Shown piece after piece: positions 1-12,138 of a stretch of 64,000 bases of DNA (positions are counted from its first letter, which is position 1; each line of letters opens with the position of its first letter). Source of the DNA: Eledone cirrhosa. Lineage: Eukaryota. The position numbers and the translations under genes were made by a program. The DNA is taken from the NCBI GenBank assembly GCA_964016885.1, contig OZ024755.1, positions 8,928,001 through 8,992,000 on the forward strand, given 5' to 3'. Below the pieces are notes generated by a model. That model was not told the DNA's origin. It searched no databases and saw only the letters and a program-made list of their open reading frames with translations.

Positions 1-2840
1 TATTTTTGTGGTAAAAGCTTCATCTTACATAATTATCTCACATAAGATCAACTCTACGAGATTTTGATATTATTTATTTTGGGGACAATACCTTAACGTC
101 AGTATGAGCAGCCAGTTATGGCCGGTTTGAACAGAAGAGGTGCGAGAATTCTGGCCCGATATGGCCAGTTTAAATGCTAAAGTGTTAAACATATATTTGG
201 TAACCTAGCTCTTGTTTTCCTCGTTGGATAAGTTTGTTTTCCTTTATTATAAAGGGTTTTTTAATTTTGACACAAAACCAGTAATTTAGGGAAGAAAAAA
301 CTGTCAATTAATTAGCACCCCATGAATGTAAAGCGCCATAACTAAATACTAAAATGGATGCTCTAGTAAGAATAAGGCAATATGAAGAAGTTGGTTAGAG
401 GTAAATCAAGGCTAACCACTAACTTAAAAGAGCCTCAACCATTTTGATAGCAACCTGACCAAATTCAGCTCTAGTTCTATTAAATACATCCATTCCATAG
501 GATTCTTATTTAAATTAAAATCTTTCGACATAGTTTTAATTTTTTCAAAATTCAAATGAAATGTATTCAAATGAAGTATATTTCAATGGAAATGTAGTCC
601 TGAAAAGGTTTAAATGCTTGTTGTCGTTGTATGCTGGACATGTTCGTATTTTGTCACATACCAAGTTCTGCTATATTTAGGCTTCATCAAAGGCATTGAA
701 TTATGAAAAGCTATGTACTGTATTTTTTCTGTGTATAATACAAGAAATACAAGTAAAAAAGGATGGGGGTTAGGCAAGCGGTATTATACATGAACACTCT
801 TTTTTAGAAATTTGTACTGTGATCAAAAATACCTTTTTAATAAATAATAAAGTCATATCAAACAGAAAAACACTTTTAAAAAATGACTGGAAATTGCCGT
901 GTTAGCTTATTTTTTCAAAATACAAAACTTGGTTTGAAATGGGAAGTATGGTAAGCCTCCTTCTACACAAAATGCTAAACACTTAGTTGTTTTACATTCT
1001 TTAACATTATGAGAAACTGAATATTGTAATATGAGATTGAGATTTTGATGGTTAACAATGTACATGTTTATAAAATTATTTACATTTTAAATAGACATTG
1101 CTATACTTTGGGATCATTTTATACACAAGTTATATATTTTATCAGGTGGCAAATTGGCAGAGTCGTTAGAACATCAGATAGAATACTTTATGGTATTCAT
1201 TCTGGCTCTCTGTGTTCAAATCCCACTATGGTCAACTTTGCCTTTCATCCTTTCGAGGTCGATAAAAAAAGTACCAGTCGAATACTGGGGTCGATTCTTC
1301 CTCTATAGCTCTTTCTCATTTCCTCTCTCTCACATTCTATCTTTCTCTAGAAGAAATTTGCTCCACCTGGCTCCACCAGGCTTAAAGTCCCCAAGAAACG
1401 CCATATGTCAATACAGCCCCTCTACAGCTCTATCAGGAACTATGGAGCCATACTTACATACACATTTTATATTTTTTCTTTCAAGCTTCAGAAATCAGTC
1501 ATATACTCAACAGAAATTATACACAAAAACATATGGTACTTACACTTCATATCTCAGTATTCTGAACTAGAGAATAGGTATCACTCTGTTTAGATGTATA
1601 TCTGTAGAGTCCCTGATTTCATGTTATTAAGTTGTTTTAAAGTGTTTATATTCATCTAAAAACCATCCATCAAAATTTTCTGTATGAACATTTGTAATGT
1701 TATGTTACAAACACCAGCTTAATAATGAAAAAGTTATTCTACTAAATCCCTCCCAATTCTTGATTTTTAAAAAAATTGTTAGAAATATTTCAATGGAATG
1801 TTAATTTTTTTTCTTTTGGTATTTGGAGCATAACTTAATGAAGCTACTTACATAAAATTATGATGGAATGTTTAAATTTACATATAAACATTTTAAACTG
1901 AACAGTTTTGTATCATAGAACCAGGGATGGTTTCAGGTGGTTTGGAATCAAAAGGGTTAAACTATATCACTACCTATGAACTACAAATGGTAAAATGTGC
2001 TAAAAACATTGTAATAGAACTGCAGAGTTTGTGGGTGCCGCCTACAGCAAAGTTAAGACAATAGTAAAAGTAAGAACAATAGTTGGAGATTACTAAATGG
2101 TAAATGTAACTTTTATTGTCTAGCTTTACATTGGCCAGAATTTGTGGAGGAGTTTAAAAAAACAAAACAAACTTGGAGATAATGGAGACAAGGAAATGAA
2201 ATGTGTTTCTATCAAAATGATGATTAACCCTTTTGATAGGAGCCCTCCTAAAACTGCCCCCAGTTTTATGATGGATAGCCATTTGTTTTAAAGAGTACAT
2301 CATTTAAACCTTCTATATGGTATGATTTAAGATAAAAGAAGGTAACAAACCTGCTCTGTGTTACCTGTTCTTTATTCAAATGTGACCTTAATTTTCAAGA
2401 TAAAATCTCATCAGAAGTCAAAAACCTTGGAAAATAGAGAAAAATGTTTTAGCTTGTATGTGCCATCTTTTCTTTCTGTTTATGCCATTACTATGATATT
2501 TGTTCCAGCTCACTGCTCTCTGATTTCAAATTCCACTGAGATCAACTTTGCCTTTCATTCCTTTGTGGTTGATAAATAAAGTACCAGTCCAGGAATGGGA
2601 GATTGGTGGATATGTTATTAAATCCTTAAATCCTGTTTTGTCTCAGAATTTAACAACTCATCTAACCCATGCTAGCATTAAAAACAGACATAAAGCAGTA
2701 ATGATGATAGTAATAGTGATGATATATGTTGTACACTTTTAGGGAAAATAAATGTTTGGAAATGTGCAACACTGTAAAAATTGTCTATATTTTCATATTC
2801 TGTATATTGACATCTCTGCTGTTGGTTTATTTAATTCTAG

Positions 2841-3017
2841 GAATGCTTTAGTTTTATTGCTATGGCTATTCCTCATGCAATTAACGTACTGAAAGATGAT
2901 TATGGTGAGGTGGCATCAATGCATTACTCAATGCAAAAGAATCGTTCATATGAGAAGGAATCCAACTGTAGAAACCAAACTAATCCATTACCAACCAGTT
3001 TTGGTCTCAGGGACAAG
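2841..3017 (+). CDS. GPHN: GPHN exon: end of G domain and start of linker (ECFSFIAMAIPHAINVLKDDYGEVASMH...FGLRDK)
   Basis: Acceptor ttctag, donor AAG|gtaaaa, 177 nt, phase 0 to 0. Resembles human ECFQFILPALPHAIDLLRD. Confidence 0.9.
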
Positions 3018-3791
3018 GTAAAACATTTCAAACTTTCATTATCATTCTTTTATATCCTTTAATTTTTGGTTTCAGTCATTAGATTGTCGCCATACTGGTT
3101 CATTGCCTTAACCCTTCTGATTTAGAATAGGTACACTGTATCCCTGTGTATCATAAGAAGCGATTAAAAGGGCTTGTGCCAAGGGCGTGATTGCATTTGT
3201 GCCTCTCCAGGGGTACTTTACCTAATTTATTAAACTAATTTATTAAAATCATGGGCAGAGGTGGTGAGAGCTGAGGAGATGACAAAGGTCCGTGACGAAT
3301 GGAAAGATGCTGTGCTGAAAAGGACCCGTCCCACCCTTGCAACCAGGGAAGCGCGGACGTAAAATAATGATGATGAAATTATCAATAGTTATCAACTATT
3401 ATTATAGGTAATTTGTTCAAGTCCCGCCAAGGTAAACTTTACCTTTCATCCTTACGAAGTCGATAAAATAAAGTACCAGTAATGCACTGGGATAATTGCT
3501 GGCCTTGTGCCAAATTAGAAATTTCCTAATACTTTGCATGTCAACAGCATGGAAAAATATATTAAGTTAGAGGAAGAGAACTTTAATCAGTAAATCCCTC
3601 GTTTGCTAAATGTCTCCAGCCTTTAGCTCTCTATTCAGTATTTCTAACTTGAACAGTTCTATCCATTTGTCATTGAAAACCTCTATCTTCCTACAATTTT
3701 ACTTATCTATCTATCTGTCCTTCGTTCTTTGCTATTTCTTTATCTCTCTATATAATAATAATAATAATAATAATGAAATTATAATAATAAT

Positions 3792-3827
<36 letters not shown>

Positions 3828-4590
3828 CTGCCTCTATTCATCTATCTATTCATCTATCTCTCTATTATCATCATTAACATCTGTTTTCCTTGTCTATTTC
3901 TTTCTCTGGTTATATTTTTCTATATCCGTCTGGCTATCTTTTTCTCTGGATATATATCTCTCCTTGCTTATCCATCCATCTATCTATCCCTTTTCTCTTT
4001 CTCCATTCCTGCAACCTTTATTGTCTGCCTGTTCATCTATATCTCCCTGTCTATATATCTCTTCCCCCTTACAACAACAACAACGACAAACCAACCACAA
4101 AAGCCAAAGCTATACATCTTTCAGATAATAATAATAATAACAACAATACTACTAATAATAATGATACTAATAATAATAATACAAAAATTAAAAACAAAAA
4201 CAAAATTCCCATTGTGTTTTCAGCATTAACATCAGTTGACAGTATGCTATTTAGAATGAATGTATTCCTGCTTAAGAAACCCCTGAATTTAGAAATTGTA
4301 TATTGTAAACAAATTTAAAATATTCTTTGTACACCCTGCACAAGAATGACACTAACAATGTATGACACAAGCAACAATGACAACAACAATAGTGCACAAC
4401 ATACCAGGAAGTATTCTCCAGATTAATGCCAGCAAAGCTGTCATATTTTGCTAGATTCACTTAATTGTTATCACAGCCTTAATTCTCTAACTGTGATTCA
4501 CCAAACCTCCACACTTCTGAGTAATCTAACAAAAGAAATTGTTACATTACATACATATATAAATATATATATATAATAATAAATATATAA

Positions 4591-4803
4591 ATCATCATCA
4601 TCATCATTTTACGTCCGCTTTTTCCTGCTTGAAAGGGTTGGACAGGTCCTATTCAGCACAGCATCTCTCCACTTGTCACGGTCCTTCGTCATCTCCTCCG
4701 TGAATTTCAGCAATCTGAGGTCTGCTTTCACCACCTCCGCCCATGTTTATCGTGGTCTACTCTTCTGCATCTTCCTTCTACTGGGATTTCTTGGCACTTC
4801 TTT
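4591..4803 (-). mobile_element. RTE 3'-end copy (~210 bp) with (GAT)n tail; relatives at 17198-17390, 52921-53137, 61346-61546 (minus) and 3252-3376 (plus)
   Basis: Near-identical blocks encoding KKCQEIPVEGR..RPRKTWAEVV and ending ggacgtaaaatgatgatg. Confidence 0.85.
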
Positions 4804-5036
4804 ATATATATCAGACTGGAGGCGGTAAAAACCAGTTAGACCATTACTCACCAGACTACTCGATACTTGGAATAGTAGAGTGGGTAATATGAAAAAGTTC
4901 AGGACCCCAACGGCTGAGAGTTTGGATCTAGCTGGTTAAACGGCTGGAGCTCAGACATCAGGATCCTGAATTTTTTCATATGTGTATATGTGTATATATA
5001 TATATATGTATATATATGTGTGTATATGTGTATGTG

Positions 5037-5067
<31 letters not shown>

Positions 5068-5399
5068 GTGTGTATATATGTATATATATATATATATATG
5101 TATATATTCTTTTATTTTATTCTTTTACTTGTTTCTATCATTTGACTGTGGCCCTGCCGGGGCACTACCTTAAACATTTAAGACTATATTTCTAATGAAA
5201 TATACTATAATTGAAATAATTAATGAAGAATTGTGAGTGGTTTTCCTAAAATTGTTTCATTATTAAGATAAACAATAAATCCTGCCGAGGTTAACTTTGC
5301 CTTTCATCCTTACGGGGTCGATAAAATAAAGTACCAGTAATACACTGGGATAATTGCTGGCCTTGTGCCAAAAGTAGAAACAATTATTAAGATAAACAG

Positions 5400-5865
5400 A
5401 AAAATAGGTAGACTAGTTAACTGATATGGTTAGAGTGAATGATAGAATCATTAAGCTTAGACTAGTCCGAGGTAAGACAACAGCGACAATTATCTCTGCA
5501 TACCCATCACAGTCTGGACTAACAAATAAACAGAAAGAACACTCTTATGATACCTTCACAGCAGCTACTTCTTTAACGAGAGATTATGTTATAATCATGG
5601 CTGGATATTTGAATGGATATGTTGGTCAATGCTGGGAGGGCTTCCGTGGTGTCCATAGAGACTTTGGGTTCAGTACTAAAATGGAGCAGGGATCAGAGCT
5701 TGTGGGCTTTTACGATGCTAATGGTCTGATTATCTGCAACACAAATTTCAGAAAACGCAGCTAACCAATTGATCACCTATAGGTCTCATGAGCACAAATG
5801 TCAGGTTGATTTTATCCTCACCAGAAGCTGAGGTTGTAAACACAAAGACTCTTCCTGGGGAAGAT
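5400..5865 (+). mobile_element. RTE-clade LINE endonuclease fragment, decayed
   Basis: RVNDRIIKLRL..IISAYP..AGYLNGYVG..GLIICNTNFRKR*..LITYRS..QVDFIL: APE domain with stops. Confidence 0.85.
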
Positions 5866-5954
5866 TATATGAATATATATATATGGATATATATATATAT
5901 CATCAATGTCCATTTTTCCATGCTAGCATAGAAAAATGGACCTTAAATGGAGAT

Positions 5955-6019
<65 letters not shown>

Positions 6020-6049
6020 AGATCAAAAGATGGTTAAATGAGTTCCATG

Positions 6050-6120
6050 TATTTTATTATGCGCATTTCAAAAACAAACATCATCATGCAATAATATTTG
6101 TGTTTTCATCAGATAAAACA
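6050..6120 (-). ncRNA. Mirror-image hammerhead ribozyme copy on the minus strand
   Basis: Exact reverse complement of 6239-6309, in the left arm of the palindrome. Confidence 0.75.
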
Positions 6121-6238
6121 GGAGAACATGATATGAAGGCTAAAAAACACTTGTGGATAGTGCAGTTTTAAATCAACATATCCACAACATATAACTGCAC
6201 TATCCACAAGTGGTTTTAGCCTTCATATCATGTTCTCC

Positions 6239-6309
6239 TGTTTTATCTGATGAAAACACAAATATTATTGCATGATGATGTTTGTTTTTGAAATGCGCAT
6301 AATAAAATA
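6239..6309 (+). ncRNA. Type I hammerhead ribozyme (Penelope-like-element type, palindromic stem III)
   Basis: Stem I TGTTTTAT/ATAAAATA; CTGATGA at 6247-6253; ~16-bp stem II at 6254-6289; GAAA at 6290-6293; palindrome ATGCGCAT; AUA cleavage triplet ending at 6301. Confidence 0.8.
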
Positions 6310-6484
6310 CATGGAACTCCTTTAACCATCTTTTGATCTTATATTATGTATACTCCAGTCCTACAAACTGTAGAGTGCTTCTTATCCGATATCTGCATTG
6401 CTTTATTGTACTACAATAAAACTCACCTCCTACATATATATATAGCCCATGCTAGCGTGGAAGATGGACGTTAAACAAAGATGA

Positions 6485-6566
6485 TATATATATGTGTGTG
6501 TGTGTATGTGTAAATATATATATATGCATATATACGCACGTGTGTATGCATGCATATATATATATG

Positions 6567-6599
<33 letters not shown>

Positions 6600-6601
6600 G
6601 C

Positions 6602-6632
<31 letters not shown>

Positions 6633-6864
6633 TGTATGTATGTGTATATATATATATATGTATGTGTATATATATATATGTATGTATGTGTATATATATG
6701 TATGTATGTATATATATATATATGTATGTATATATATATATATGTATGTATATATATATATGTATGTGTATATATATGTATGTATGTATATATATATATA
6801 TGTATGTATATATATATATGTATGTATATATATATATGTATGTGTATATATATATATATGTATG

Positions 6865-6897
<33 letters not shown>

Positions 6898-6930
6898 GTA
6901 TGTGTATATGTATATATATATATGTATGTG

Positions 6931-6961
<31 letters not shown>

Positions 6962-7355
6962 ATATATATATGTATATATATGTATATATATATATATGTA
7001 TGTATATATATATATGTATGTATATATATATGTATGTGTATATATATATATATATATGTGTGTGTGTATATATGTATGTATACATATATATATGCATATG
7101 TATATATGTATGTATACACATATATATATATATATATATATGCATATGTATATATGTATGTATACATATATGTATATATGTATGTATGCATATATGCATA
7201 TGTATATATGTATGTATACATATATGCATATGTGTATATATATATATATATATGCATATGTATATATGTATGTATACATATATGTATATATGTATGTATA
7301 CATATATGCATATGTGTATATATGTATGTATACATATACATATATGCATACATAT
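6485..7355. repeat. (TA)n/(TATG)n compound microsatellite; similar blocks at 4980-5105, 11670-12230, 21205-21610, 29500-30020 and 53208-53600
   Basis: Seen directly. Explains the Y/I/M/C/V/H/T-rich ORFs. Confidence 0.95.
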
Positions 7356-8103
7356 CCCACCCACTCTTTGTATTCTTAGGTGGGAATGTTTCTCTTATAT
7401 GGAAGGAAATAACCTAATTTTGGACAAAAAGAAAGAAAAAAGAAATAGGCAAAGAAAAGTACACAAATAACAAATCTGATAATTGGAGGAGTGGGTGGTG
7501 GTGTTGTTGTTGTTGTTGTTGTTGTTGCAGTGGTGGTGGTTGCTGCAGTGGTGGTGGTGATGGTGTAATTTCCCCCTTTTTTTAATAACTGATGGTGTAA
7601 TTGGTATGTATGTGTGTGGTGGGTGTGAGAGAGAGAGAGAGAGGCTGTATGAGAAAGGGAGAATGAATGAACGGGACAGTGTGTGTTACTGTCAGACACA
7701 GAGAGAGAACGAAAGAGAGAGAGAGAATGAGAGAGTGAAAGATGATATTAATTTTTAAAGTTATCAACAAGTAAATCTAATGGCTATATTCTCCTTAATT
7801 ATCAGGGTGTTATATTAAGAAGAAAAAAAACGCTCCTCTCCCCCACAAAAAAAAAAAAAATAATAATAATAATAATAAATAAATAAAAAATAACCCCTAG
7901 AAGATTCACTTTAAGAATATTTTCAAAGCAGACACAGTTTATTCATGTTATTTGTTTACCTTTATTAAAGTCATGGGGTAGTGAAGAGGGCTTTTGGCCG
8001 GGTAGAATGGCAGACACCAGCACTAACTTAGATTAACCCTATATTTCTATACATACATATATGTATTGTTTGTATGTCTGAATATATATATATATATATA
8101 TAT

Positions 8104-8448
8104 ATATTTATTAAAATAACAGATTAAAGTTTAAGCAAAGAATCGCTGCTTTCACCCTTAAAGGGATCTTCTGAAACTAACGTTCTTTGCCAGGGAACGT
8201 TTCCACCAACCAAAGTATCGTCTTCCTGTCTTCCTCCGGCTGCAACGTTTTTTGAAATATTCACTTCTGTGTTCACAGATTGACTTTGTTAGTTTCAGAA
8301 GATCCCATTAAGGGTGAAAGGAGCGATTCTTTGCTTAAACTTTAATCTGTTATTTTAATAAATATTTGCTCTACGATTCTTATATATTTGATATATATTT
8401 ATCCTTATCGAGCCCTCTTTGGATTTTAGTCTTCAAATTTATTATTAT

Positions 8449-8451
<3 letters not shown>
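8104..8451. mobile_element. Second inverted-repeat insert in (TA)n with a degenerate hammerhead-like core (probable PLE remnant)
   Basis: Arms 8104-8181 and 8288-8365 with 2 mismatches. Core CAGAAGA-TCCC..GGGT-GAAA, 3' tail, flanked by TA repeats. Confidence 0.45.
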
Positions 8452-8513
<62 letters not shown>

Positions 8514-10714
8514 ATAAATATATATATATGGTTTTTAAATCATTTTGCAAATAACCAAAATTTAAAGGAACTTAGTAATATCACCAAGTTTCTCATAATT
8601 TACTTGGTGTGTAGAGCATAAATTAAATGTTTTTACATGAAATTATGATGAAAGGTTTTTATATAAATATGAGTAGCCTGAAAAACAAACCCTGGTTTTG
8701 TATCATGGAACTAGGATCTGTTTCAGGAAATTTAGTATCAAAATACTTAACCTTTCATGACTGTATTTCTAATGAAATATTCTCTAATCTCAATTAATTA
8801 ATGTGAAGATTTTGAGTTATTTCCTAAAATTATTAATTATTTGATTACTAAGGTAGTATTTTAACATGTGGTTCTTATATGCTGGAAGATTGTAATTTAA
8901 CACTTTAGCATTTAAACCGGCTGTATCTGGCCAGAATTCTCTCACCTCTTTCTGTTCAAACCGGCTGTAACCAGCCACTCATACTGATGTTAAGGTATTG
9001 TTCTTAAAATAAAAGCTGAGGAAATCTGTATCCTACTTACATAAAATTAGTATTGAGTACACAGGAGAAATTGTTGTGTCTTTTGACAGAAACTGAAGGG
9101 TCCTCCTAATCCTTTGTTTGATAAGCTTTTTACAGATGGATGGCCTTCCAACCACTCTACAGCATGTACTGGGTGTTTTTATTGTGTAGATCACCAGCAC
9201 TATGGTTGCTATCATGTCCTTGACACAACCAAAGGGTCCTCCCAGCTTATATCAATCTTAAATCCTTTCATCCTAATTTATATGAGAGCCTTTGTTAAGT
9301 TATTCTCCAAATGGCAACATAATGATGAGAAAGCTAGTTATATCACTCAGTCTATCTACAATCATTACTATTTTCAAAATCATTTGCAAACCATAGACAG
9401 TGTATTTCATTAGAAATACAGTATTGAAAATGTTGAGAAGATTAAGACAGATAACTGAAACATTAAAAAACTGGTGTAGGTGTTTTTAGTGCCTCACACT
9501 TTTAAGTTCAAATTCTGCTGGGGTTGATAAAATATGTACCGAGCTTTTACAGGAATAAAAATGCCTTTTAATTAAGGAAAAGATTATTATTTCAGGAGGT
9601 AGTGGTGTAAGAGGCTGTTAGAGTATTCTTGGCAAGCTGAATCCACAATATGGTTTTCATTCTCTCTTTCCTTACATTACTGGTGCTTTCATTACCATAT
9701 TTTTAATGAAAGACACTCCTTATGATTTTCAAATAATTTTGAAAATAATCAAGAATTTGAAAGGCTTTAGTAATATTGTCTCAGAGCCCCATTGATATGT
9801 ACTACCCAGCCAAGGGTATAGCAGTTGCCCCTTACCCTTTCTCTATTATTACTTAACCCTCTCCCTCTCTTCCTGTTTATTATTTTAATTTAATACTTTC
9901 ATTACTGCATAATTCTGTTTGCTAATGAACACTGGGCGCTTAGTGCGGTAGAATGTCGAACTCCCTGCTTCGTGTCATAAAGTTACAGCCCTTTACATTC
10001 TGAGTTCAAATCCTGCCGAGGTTAGCTTTGCTTTTCAATCATGCACTGGGGTCGATTTAATCGACTGTCCTCTCCCCCAAAATTGCTGGCTTTGTGTCTA
10101 AATCAAAACCATTATTAAATTGGTGTAACATGTATCTCTGACATCTGTGCCCTCTGTGGCTGCCTAATTGGCCTTAATGATGGCACCAGCCCTGAATTGG
10201 GCATGTATTTGAGTGTGTGAAATATAGTATGTGAGTGCATGACATGAGTTTTTTCTTCAATATTGAAACTGATATTTATGAACTGATACTTCCGGATTAT
10301 GCAATAATGAATTAGGTTTGAAGATTAATTTGTTGAATTCCTCCAGATATGAGATTTTGATGAAAATAAATTGATATGATTTGGTTATAATTTCTTGAAT
10401 AGTCTCACATATATTTTGCTGAATATAAATGAATGAATAGAATTCAGTCAAATTTTGATGTTTAGCTTGGCTGCAATTGTGTTGTGTTGGCTGGCAATAA
10501 ATCACTGTGAATAGAAAAGTTTCAGGTTATGCTTAGAGAAAAATATTTTTTGCTGGCTTTAGCAAAAAACTGTATTTCTAAATCATTTTTCAACTGATAA
10601 AGTTTTATTGAGAAATCTGGATTCCAAAGAAGAAAAAGAATGGTACTCATTGCCAGATCAGACCAAGGAGCCAATGTTTCCCTAAGTCTATCTATTGCTA
10701 TCACTATCTGCTAG

Positions 10715-10736
10715 TTGCAATGCTTGTCAGAAAGAG
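10715..10736 (+). CDS. GPHN: Candidate GPHN linker microexon (LQCLSER+G)
   Basis: ctatctgctag|TTGCAATGCTTGTCAGAAAGAG|gtagga. 22 nt, phase 0 to 1, exactly the shift needed between 3017 and 27172. Lies in non-repetitive sequence. Confidence 0.5.
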
Positions 10737-10907
10737 GTAGGATTTGTACTCAGAATGCACAAAGCAAAATCAAATATTGCAAATTATGTCATTTTACTTT
10801 TTAACAATTCTGCCAGCAGTACCACTTTATATATTTTTCCATTCATGTATATTAAGGAATATCCACAACAGAATAATGGAAGTTACTGGTGTCTTTTTTT
10901 CATGTAG

Positions 10908-10916
10908 CAATAAAAA
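10908..10916 (+). CDS. GPHN: Candidate 9-nt GPHN microexon (frame-preserving, phase 1 to 1)
   Basis: gtctttttttcatgtag|CAATAAAAA|gtaagg. Open in phase 1, giving ...ER-A-I-K-S-HVD. Confidence 0.35.
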
Positions 10917-10975
10917 GTAAGGTCCCAATGGAGTCACTGGGCTGTTGTCATGACATACAGCATGTCTTGAGCATG

Positions 10976-11191
10976 TTAACCCTTTAGTATTTACATTACT
11001 CTATATATACTATTGTATTTTCACAGTAAAGGCTTTATCTCACATAATATCGAATCTATGAGATTTTGATACTATTTATTTTGCGAACAATACCTTAACA
11101 TCAGTATGAGTGGCCGATTACACCCAGTTTGAACAGAAAGAGGGGAGAGAATTCTGGCCGGATACGGCTCGTTTAAATGCTAAAGGGTTAA
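10976..11191. mobile_element. TTAA-bounded MITE family A (~215 bp, piggyBac-like ends); other copies at 1-188, 8897-9012, 19673-19888, 28780-28891, 35530-35748, 37872-38088, 41927-42712 (split) and 54771-55037
   Basis: TTAACCCTTTAG...CTAAAGGGTTAA termini. The same internal sequence recurs in both orientations. Confidence 0.85.
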
Positions 11192-12094
11192 ACTTGGCAG
11201 AGCTGATCAGCTCTCCAATTCCATCAGCACAAACCAATATCTTCCAGAGAAAGAAAAACAGAGAAAAAGCAGAAGAACCAGTCTCAGTCCAGGACTGGAC
11301 AGGACTGTGACTTTATTTATTGACCCTGAAAGGATGAAAATCATAGTTGACCTCAGCTGGATTTGAACTCAGATTGATCCAGAACAAACGCCCCAAAATA
11401 TTTCTAATCTGACATCCTAACAACCCTACCAATTTGCTGCCTTGTTTTCAACATGCAATATATGAAAATAATAACAACAACAACAACAGCTTAAAGCATT
11501 GTTTAGTGGCTCCTGTATGTCTGTGCCTCTCTGATATTTTGTTGAGACAGCAATAATGATAATAATGATAATAATAATTATTATAGAGTGTTAAGTTTGT
11601 ACTTTGTTTTTTTTCCACAATGATTCTCGCATGTGTGTGTCTCTCTGTGTATGTGGCTGAATGCTTATATATATATATATATGAATGCATATATATATAT
11701 GTATGAATGTGTGTATATATATGTATGTATGAATGTGTGTATATATGTATATATGTGTATATATATATATATATATAAATGTATGAATGTGTATATATAT
11801 ATATGTATGAATGTATATATATATATATATATATATGAATGTGTGTATATATATATAAGTATGAACGTGTGTATGTATATATATATATATTTATATATAT
11901 ATGAATGTGTGTGTGTATATATATATGTGTGTGTGTGTGTGCAATGTATATATATGAACGTAAATATATGTATATGAATGTGTGTATATATATTTCTGTA
12001 TGTATGTATATATATGAATGTATGTATGTATATGAATGTATGTACGTAAATATATGTATATGAATGTATATATATATATGAATGAATATATGTG

Positions 12095-12138
<44 letters not shown>

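Larger units (their letters stand above)
6012..6432. mobile_element. Inverted (tail-to-tail) pseudo-LTR-like unit of a probable Penelope-like element in (TA)n
   Basis: Arms 6012-6167 and 6193-6347 with about 3 differences and a 25-nt loop. Contains a hammerhead and an ~85-nt unpaired tail, and is flanked by TA repeats. Confidence 0.65.

Noticed and set aside
2841-2904. Internal phase-1 donor TG|gtgagg that would join directly in frame to exon 27172
   Set aside because: It would remove the EVASMH segment that aligns with the last G-domain helix, plus the whole linker. Not excluded as a minor isoform.
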